From Asterionella formosa (Eukaryota): a stretch of DNA of 56,527 nt. This document shows, in pieces, positions 48,989 to 56,527 of the stretch. The notes under the pieces were generated by a model. The model was not told where the DNA came from. It searched no databases and saw nothing but the letters and a program-made list of their open reading frames with translations. Location of the stretch: positions 1 to 56,527 of the forward strand of contig NKIB01013494.1 of NCBI GenBank assembly GCA_002256025.1, read 5' to 3'. Every line of letters begins with the position of its first letter. Position 1 is the first letter of the stretch. Position numbers and translations under genes: made by a program.

Positions 48989-50200
48989 GTGAATTGGAGG
49001 TACTGTAAAACAGAATATCAAACTAATGTACTTTATTCCGGTCCCAAAAGAGAATCAAACATCCCGCCCTGCCTATCTGGTCCAAGAAGTATGAAAGGCA
49101 TTTCCAATCACAAACAGGATTGGTTTGCCCAATGTTGCCTAACTTGGCTGTACACAGTGAAACCGGAGTTAGGCAAAGAATTGGAGAGTGACCCAGAGCT
49201 TGCCGATTTCATATGGAATGGTTCTGATGCACTACTTCCGATGAATCAGACCATTGAACGTACCAACAAGGCACGTTTAGATTATATCAAATCAACATTT
49301 GGTGGCATGCGGCCTGCATTAAAAAGTTGAGAGAATGTCAGAATGTATTGAATAATCAATTTTAAGGAATCTTAGGTAAGCAAGTTCTTGCAGGTGGGAG
49401 ATGCTCTGAAAGCATGATATTTGAGTCGGTGATTATATTCTTATCAAATATGTTTGAATTAAAAATGCTAGCATAATTCATGACACACCGGCTGGTCTAA
49501 CAGATTATAACTTCCAGACTATGGATATTGATGACTTGCTTTATTAGGTGGGCGTTCACGCTTCATCGTTTTGCGCAGTCAAAGGACATTGATAGGGGAA
49601 GCCAAGGATACCAAGTCTGGCGTGATGTTCTTGCTCCGGTGTATTTTAAAGGCAAGACAAGCCGTGGTGAAACATTTTTAACAGGAGACAAATCTGGTGT
49701 GACCACGCCAAATTTCAACTCAGTCTTCGGGCACAGTGTGAATTGCAATCACGTTTTGTTGGTTTGCTGATCAATGCCAGTACAGAAGCCTTTTGCTTCT
49801 TGGTGCTGAAAGGAAAATTCCAATTGCAACAAAAATATTTGGGTTTCAATCCAGATACGCAGGAAATTTCAGAGAAGGAACGATATTCGTCATTCTTCTG
49901 ATTTTGTCGACATTGATGGGAAACCAGTTATCAAAAAAAGTGTGAGAGAAGAAAGTTCAGTTTCAAATGTTCTCACTGATCGATGGACTGATGATTTGAT
50001 CGATCTGAATATGAAAGGAATCCTAGTGGAATTGCTACTTCCACAACATATATCATCTACCCACACTCATACTTCTCATTTCCCAATGTAAGTGAAGAGG
50101 ATATGCATCAATATGTTGAACCACTTCAACCAAATGTTCCTGAGAAGAATATTGATTACAATGAGCGCAATAATCAACGGGACATTGATGACGACGTTGA
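48989..50200 (+). pseudogene. Degraded ORF, probable accessory gene of the neighbouring Plavaka/CACTA-like element
   Basis: Plus-strand fragments (48989-49330, 49528-49770, ASTEAFCFLVLK at ~49775-49810, acidic tail ~50100-50200) broken by stops. Lies upstream of, and co-oriented with, the transposase fragment. Confidence 0.4.
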
Positions 50201-50803
50201 TTTTGAATGGATCTAATAGAATCCAATGCATGCTTAGTAGTTACATAATAAATATAGTTAGTGTGAGACTTCTACAATGCACAAACCATATCATAGATGT
50301 TGTTAGGAAAACATTGATGTTGCTCTATACTACTAGTAGTGGCGCTTGTACTGTATGTAGCGGTATACCTCCATTTTTACTACTATGGTGGAGTAAAAAT
50401 TAAACGACTCTGTTTTGTCCAGCACAGCATGATCGGAGTGATGCTAAATTTATTATTAATACTTCATTTCATTCTATCCTGTTCATATCCTGACTTGGTC
50501 ATCGTTTGAAATTTGCAATGTCTTTGCGGACATTGCAATGGGGCTATCTGTGTAACTACGAATTTCGGAAGAATTAATCCCCATCTGAGTCTTACAATCG
50601 AAATTGTAGCAACCGTGTTTTTTATGCATATGGTCACTGTCGACATTGCATGCAAGAACATCGAGATCCTTGAATACATGATGAAACTATGTAATGCGGT
50701 AGTGCATCGAATCATTCAAGGAAAGAAGTTAATGGCAGTGTAACTGCTGCCACATTCAGGGAGAGTAAATAACAAGAAGAGATTATCTGTCCTATCCGTA
50801 AAG

Positions 50804-51630
50804 AGTTGATGGATGGCAATTGGTATCTCTTTTGCCAAACATTGAAGTCAGTGGTCTGGAGAAACAAATGAATAATAAGTTATCTGGTGACGACTTGTAC
50901 TTATGTAGACTCAAATTGTACCATTCTGTTACAGGATTTCTATTGTAGCCTTTCGAAGAGCGATCCGAACAAGTCATACGATATTTGGGTTCATGGTCTT
51001 GGTATGACAAAAGTTTATTTCCAGATTGGAATGATCATTGGTGATACAGAAGAGAACAACAAATTATTGCATAATCCTATTATGCCTGCACTAATAAATC
51101 ATTTTTTGGTGGTGACTCAGAAGGATTATTTGGTGCAACTCCATTCGAGGTTCTTCATCAATTACTACTTGGAATATTTAAGTACATCGAAGTACATTTT
51201 GGAATCATAGTACAATTATCGGACTATCCCTGAAGAATGGACATGTTTTTTTTAAGAAAGAAAATCACCAGGTATTCCAGAGAACATCTCCGATCAGAAA
51301 CGTATCACTGAAACAACAGACTATGCTTTTCTTGAGTAAGAGAAACCGAAGAAACGCGCAAAGACCAAAAAGGACACACGCGACAGTTACCAAAAATATC
51401 TACACTGGCAAAAATCAAGACCTAACACTTGTACCAGCACAAGAAATGTAGCTATTTTCGAAACTATACTATACTTCAAACAAAGTGGCTGCTAGATATA
51501 TCAATAGTCATTTGGAAAGGCAAAGCGATCATGATATTCTAAAATTGTCATAAAGATCTGCGATGACAGCTTTGTCAAAAATGTCAGGCCAAGAAATTCC
51601 CAGACGATGTCTGTTAACTATTTTTTCAAT
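50804..51630 (+). pseudogene. Second, internally deleted copy of the Plavaka/CACTA-like transposase fragment
   Basis: Closely similar inverted copy of ~30525-31950. Reads FGGDSEGLFGATPFEVLHQLLLGIFKY. Lacks the ~255-bp CRDC-containing segment and the 349-bp insert. Confidence 0.85.
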
Positions 51631-51844
51631 GAGAAATACAATGAAACTGTATATAACAAAACAGGAACAGGAAAACTAGATCATGTTACATGACTGATGA
51701 GAATTTTTTTAATGAAATTGTGTATACAATTGAGAGCTGGGATAATCCAGAGATACTACGGCGACAACATCAAATTGGTTATTCACTTGTAAAAAAGTAT
51801 ACAGTGAGATCAAAAAAATATGTGGAGCAATTCAATAAAAGAAG

Positions 51845-52445
51845 CCCAACAGCATCATTAAATGGAGGAAGCTTTTTGACGATGTCCAAGCATCCATGCA
51901 TCCAAATCAGATCCATATAGACCGTTTCCGTCGTACCTTACCCACACAGTATATGACACGCTACAAGCAAATGAAAGAACCACAAGAATTGCCGAGAAAC
52001 TCATGGAGAAAGACCAAAATGACCGATTTCCACCCAACAGCATCATCAAATTGAGTAAGCCTTTCGACGATGTCCATGCATCCAAATCATATCAAAACAG
52101 ACCATTTCCGTCACACCGTATATGCCTTCACATTATACATCACACTATAAGCAGATCAAATAACCACAAGAATTGACAAGAAACGCCTGGAGATAGACCA
52201 GAATGACCGAAATCCACCCAACAGCATAATTAAATTGAGTATTACGATGTCCACGCATCCAAATCCAATCCAGACAGACCGTTACCATCTCACCGTACCA
52301 GCACAGTACATACTGACCAACAAACAGATGAATCCAAATCAGATCCATACAGACCGATTCTGTCTCACTGCAGCTTCACATTACATACTGAACAACAAAT
52401 AGATGAAAGAACCACAAGAATTACCAAGAAACTCATGGTGACAGA
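51845..52445. repeat. Diverged tandem repeat, ~185-bp period, 3-4 units
   Basis: cccaacagcat..ttaaat, gacgatgtcca.gcatccaaatc, agaccg and accacaagaatt recur at ~51845, 52032, 52216 and partially at ~52330. Confidence 0.75.
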
Positions 52446-52882
52446 CCAATCAAAACAAAAGAAACCAGCCATCAGAGAAACAGCACCAGGGAGTGGGGAC
52501 ACAAAGTCAAGAAAATCCTTACCCAATCACCACTCACAATCCAATTCTCCGGCTGACATGAACAGTGCAGTCTATGAGAACCAATCCAAGAACAACGCTA
52601 CCACAACTGTTTTGTTCCCTACTTCTGCACGAGGAAGGGACTATCTATCCAAAACTCCACAGTACGTTCCTACAAGGTTCAATTAAACCAAAAAACTAAA
52701 CCCCAAGTTTAATTGGGTTTAATTATTCTAATGGCAAATACTGTTGCAAGACAGTGCTTCCACTTGGTATTTTCAGATCAATATCGTGCCAGTATTAAAA
52801 TTACCCAGTAGACACATACCAGAGGCCTACAGGGAAATACAATTTGGGTTAAATATTACCAATTACGGTGGGGTTATTACCC

Positions 52883-53130
52883 ACAAGTTGCGGAAATTTG
52901 CTGAACAATTTAGCTCTCTTTATCCGGTTTTAAATTGTTAATAAAAGCAAAATGACCGCATTGCTTGGGTTGTTGTACCAGCAAGCTGCGGTCATTTTCC
53001 TGAAACGGACAACCTGTTACCGGACAGGGACATTTTTATCATTTATGCAGAAAATCTTCTATTCATAGCACGACTCAGCGAAACAAAAAGCGGATTTCTT
53101 CGAATTGCAAAAATGAAAACACACAGTATA
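52883..53130 (+). mobile_element. Third, partial copy of the GCAAGTTGC TIR family
   Basis: CAAGTTGCGGAAATTTGCTGAACAATTTAGCTCTCTTTATCC start, AAAATGACCGCA/TGCGGTCATTTT hairpin at 52949-52998, and continued similarity to 47179-47430. Confidence 0.75.
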
Positions 53131-53710
53131 TGACGAGAAAATACCTTCCTTGCACAAAAGTGTTTCTAAATGCACAATTGCCTTCTTTGGGAATTCGACA
53201 ATAGTTTCTATCAATGATAGAATATTTTCCTAACTAAAGGTTGAATGACTATTGTTGTTAAATAATGGAATATCGAGAAATATTTACAGTTTTTGTATTA
53301 TCATCGATAATATGCACTGGATGTCCAAATCGACATAAAATCAGATGCATAAGAATGTATCCGATTCTACATAAGAAGTTATCGACATGCCTAGACATTA
53401 TATACACAACTCTTACTACCGCTAGTGTCAGTGGTAAACGTCTACGTCTATGTGTAGGTAATTCCCATACAAGGTATGAAGCATATCCATCACATGTTGG
53501 GCTGCACCGCTCGTCCAACAACGATAAGTGCTACCTGTATGTGCATGCATCGTTCCCTAGTATCCATGACTATTGGTACCAGGGTACCACTTCAAATCAT
53601 ACGAGAATATATACCGGAATATTGTATATGTTACACATAGCTACATACATACTGTTAAGTATATTTGATTTGTGCTGAGCGATGTTCCGTAGTAGGGGGA
53701 CGCTGAGATA

Positions 53711-55573
53711 GCAATTCCCGCTCCAGCTATCGTCTTGCCATTCGGGTACTTCTAGTAATTTTTAGGCTCTAAGTAATTTCTTAAGTAATTTTTATTTAAG
53801 GGCAATATGGGGCACATCGAATTTTTCGGAATGAAATAAAATTGCAAGCAAGCGTAAAACACACGAGAATGATTGTAACATGCAACATCAATGAAAATTG
53901 AACATGATGTTTGGAGCAACCAAAGTATGAAATGCGATGTAATAAGTAGCATCAAACGAGAAATAGAAAAAATTGTTTAGGGTTAGAAATGAAATTTCAA
54001 AAAAGAGTTCCAATGGAGACGTATGCATTGTGAATCATTAAATTGTAGTACTTACACAGGCAACATTGACTTTCCATCGCCATACAATCGAAGACCGAAA
54101 GAAGAAGAAAAAAAGCTCAACCCAATGTAGACCTGCATCGTTATTTAGAGTCAATGGTCTGGTTGCTGCAACCATGCGCATCGCTGTAGTAGCCTGACAC
54201 CAGTAGCAGTATTTCCGCCACAGTCATTCTTCCTCTCCGCCCACCAAACAGGCAACCCTGATCATTCCATTCTGAGCAAGCATGATCGCCACGCTGCTCC
54301 AGCACTATTGACTCTCTCTAGCTGAGTATTCATGTAGCTTCTGATACGAACTCGCAGTAGAAATGTAGCAAAGCGCGTTAGTACAAGAAAAGCATTGCTG
54401 GGCGGCAATATTGACATCATTGTCAATGACTATACAAATCAACAACGGCACAATACCACATCTTCAATGAGTAGTCATTGATAAATGCATTGGTTCTTAT
54501 GTAGATATGTACAATCGAAACAAAACGACAGTGCTTAACGACAAACAACGATGGAAGCGATCAAAACAAACCACAGAAGCAATCAAATCGGAATAAATAC
54601 GATCTACAATCCATATTCAGGGTTTCACTGTTGTACTTACCGATCTGCTTCAACTAGCATAACAAGCAGCAGACAATGGGATCAAAGAAAGACAAACGTT
54701 GCCTATTGCAAGCCCGAATAGAGCAAAGGCAGGCAAGATAGAGTGCAAACTATATTTTTGAGGACGAAATCGGGCATATGGTATGTAAAATCAATGAATA
54801 TGTGAACGATATAATTCAACATTTCAGGTCTCGTAAAAATAATACCGAGTCTACAGAGATAATATTATTACGTGTTCAAAGTAAACGTTAAAGCATAGCT
54901 TAAACCATGTATGGTTGTTTTTAGTACCACGTACGTATGTAGACTAGATGACTGCTGGGAACCGCTAGAATATCCGTTAAGTATCATTACATACATGAAC
55001 GGAGCAAAAACTTGCCACCAACATCAAATGTATCGATATCATCGTTCGTCCAACGAAATATGGACGATGCGAATACATGAATGCCTCGAGAAGACAAGCA
55101 ATCCAACAATCAACCACATCCGTTAGGCAAAAAATCGCTACTGGCGTCATCGCGGAACTGATTTCGCTTCAAACCGGTCATGATGGATGACGATTGGCAT
55201 GGTGAATTCCGGAGTCCATTTTTCAGGAGACAAACAAAAACGAGGTGAATTCTGGATATAAATTATAAAAATCTCGATAGTATATAAAATAGTTTCCTTA
55301 AGTAGACCACTTGCCGATTTCGGCGATCCCAGGGCTGGAAAACCGAGGGGCAATTGGTGTCTGTTGTCTTGCCAAAATGCGAACATATGTAATATACAAA
55401 ATATATTTTAATGATGGGAAATATCGGACCTTTGGCAATTTTCGAGGTGAAGATAGGAAATATACAAACTATATGTTATAAGATGGGCAATAGTAGGCTA
55501 AAATTGACATTTATGCTAAATTTGTGGGCAGTAGGTAAGCGAATGACGCGACAATAGCCAGAGCGGGAATCGC
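53711..55573. mobile_element. Putative non-autonomous TIR element (~1.86 kb)
   Basis: 34-bp imperfect TIRs (7 mismatches): GCAATTCCCGCTCCAGCTATCGTCTTGCCATTCG (53711-53744) against the reverse complement of 55540-55573. No clear TSD. Confidence 0.6.
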
Positions 55574-55764
55574 CTCAACGATACCCTTCTCGGCGGCTAC
55601 TTCCCTTCTCGTATACATGTATACTCGACTTGGATGGCACTCGTAGGGTGACCTTCTCGCAATGCCGGGGGCGCCACTCGTACTGTCAACCTCCTCGCGC
55701 CACCCAGCCTCGAACACATGTATACTCGCAGGCAAGAGACCACCTCGGGCGTGTATTGCCTTCA

Positions 55765-56065
55765 GCAATTCCCGCTCCAGCTATCGTCTTGCCATTCGGG
55801 AACTTCGAAGTAATTTTTAGGCTCTAAGTAATTTCTTAAGTAATTTTTATTGAAGGGCAATATGGGGCACATCGAATTTTTCGGCAATAAAATTGCCGAT
55901 TTTAGCATGACAACAAGAAAAATGGTAAATGTTGGTTTTTTCAAATGGTCAAAGAACATCATGGAGAAGAGAAAATTTCGGACCATTGAAAAAATCACGC
56001 AAAAATGATTGTGACATGCGGATGTCAAAAATTGCGCATCATGTGTTTTTGGCAACCAAAGTATG
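55765..56065 (+). mobile_element. Second copy of the left end of the 53711 element
   Basis: About 120 bp nearly identical to 53711-53830, with further similarity to ~53930. Confidence 0.8.
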
Positions 56066-56527
56066 ATTCATCAACAACAAGGGAAGCAACGAGATGATTA
56101 ATCAAGTAGGGAGAGAGCAAAAAAGAGAGAAGGAAAGGTATATAGATTGGGTGAGAAGATCGTCAACAAAAAATATGTTTAACTTCAATGTCACAATAAA
56201 CTTACACTCAGTTTTTCCGTCATGTCATCACAGGCAGAAAATGAATTTTTCAATACAAAGGAGGTGCTGGGGTAATTATGGTGGATGCTGGTGATGGAGT
56301 TGGCTGGTGGTGGTAGTAGACTGGTGCTGGTTGACTGCTGGCCGGAGGCGGCATATGATAGTATCCATGAGGAGAAGGAACAGGAGGAGGAGCATGGGAG
56401 TACATCTAAGCCGCGAAATACGCCACTTTTCGAAATTTCGTCTACGTATGAGTGTTAATTATGTGGTACTTCACATGCATTAATGCCACTCTTCACGTAA
56501 AAAAGATTACTTTTAACGGTTTCATGT

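Noticed and set aside
1..56527. tRNA, rRNA or prokaryotic operon/defence system
   Set aside because: None recognised by eye. Gene structure and TE content are eukaryotic. A tRNAscan-SE/Infernal run would be needed to exclude small RNAs.

Overview
Eukaryotic nuclear DNA, most likely from a diatom. This is an inference from diatom-type (CoDi-like) Copia elements, bipartite signal+transit presequences and short GT-AG introns. About seven intact-looking host genes sit among a dense set of decayed mobile elements. The host genes are a V-ATPase c-type proteolipid, a small DDDDGT-ending protein, a mitochondrial-carrier-family protein, a DxD glycosyltransferase, a probable plastid membrane protein, a uridine-kinase-like P-loop kinase, and a 2479-aa Chorein_N/PH protein. 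The mobile elements are three Ty1/Copia LTR retrotransposon remnants, a non-LTR 3' remnant, two Plavaka/CACTA-like transposase pseudogenes, and several TIR/MITE families with internal hairpins. The most notable observations are: (1) a V-ATPase c-like subunit with Gly in place of the proton-carrying Glu, plus a long loop insertion; (2) a repeat family built around an 18+10+18 palindrome whose half-site also appears in a 60-bp coding minisatellite; (3) a highly iterated TACC(W)GGTA palindrome clustered upstream of genes and at TE junctions; (4) a PDZ-like insert in one Copia pol and a chromodomain-like insert in another. All calls come from reading the sequence by eye; no database search was run.
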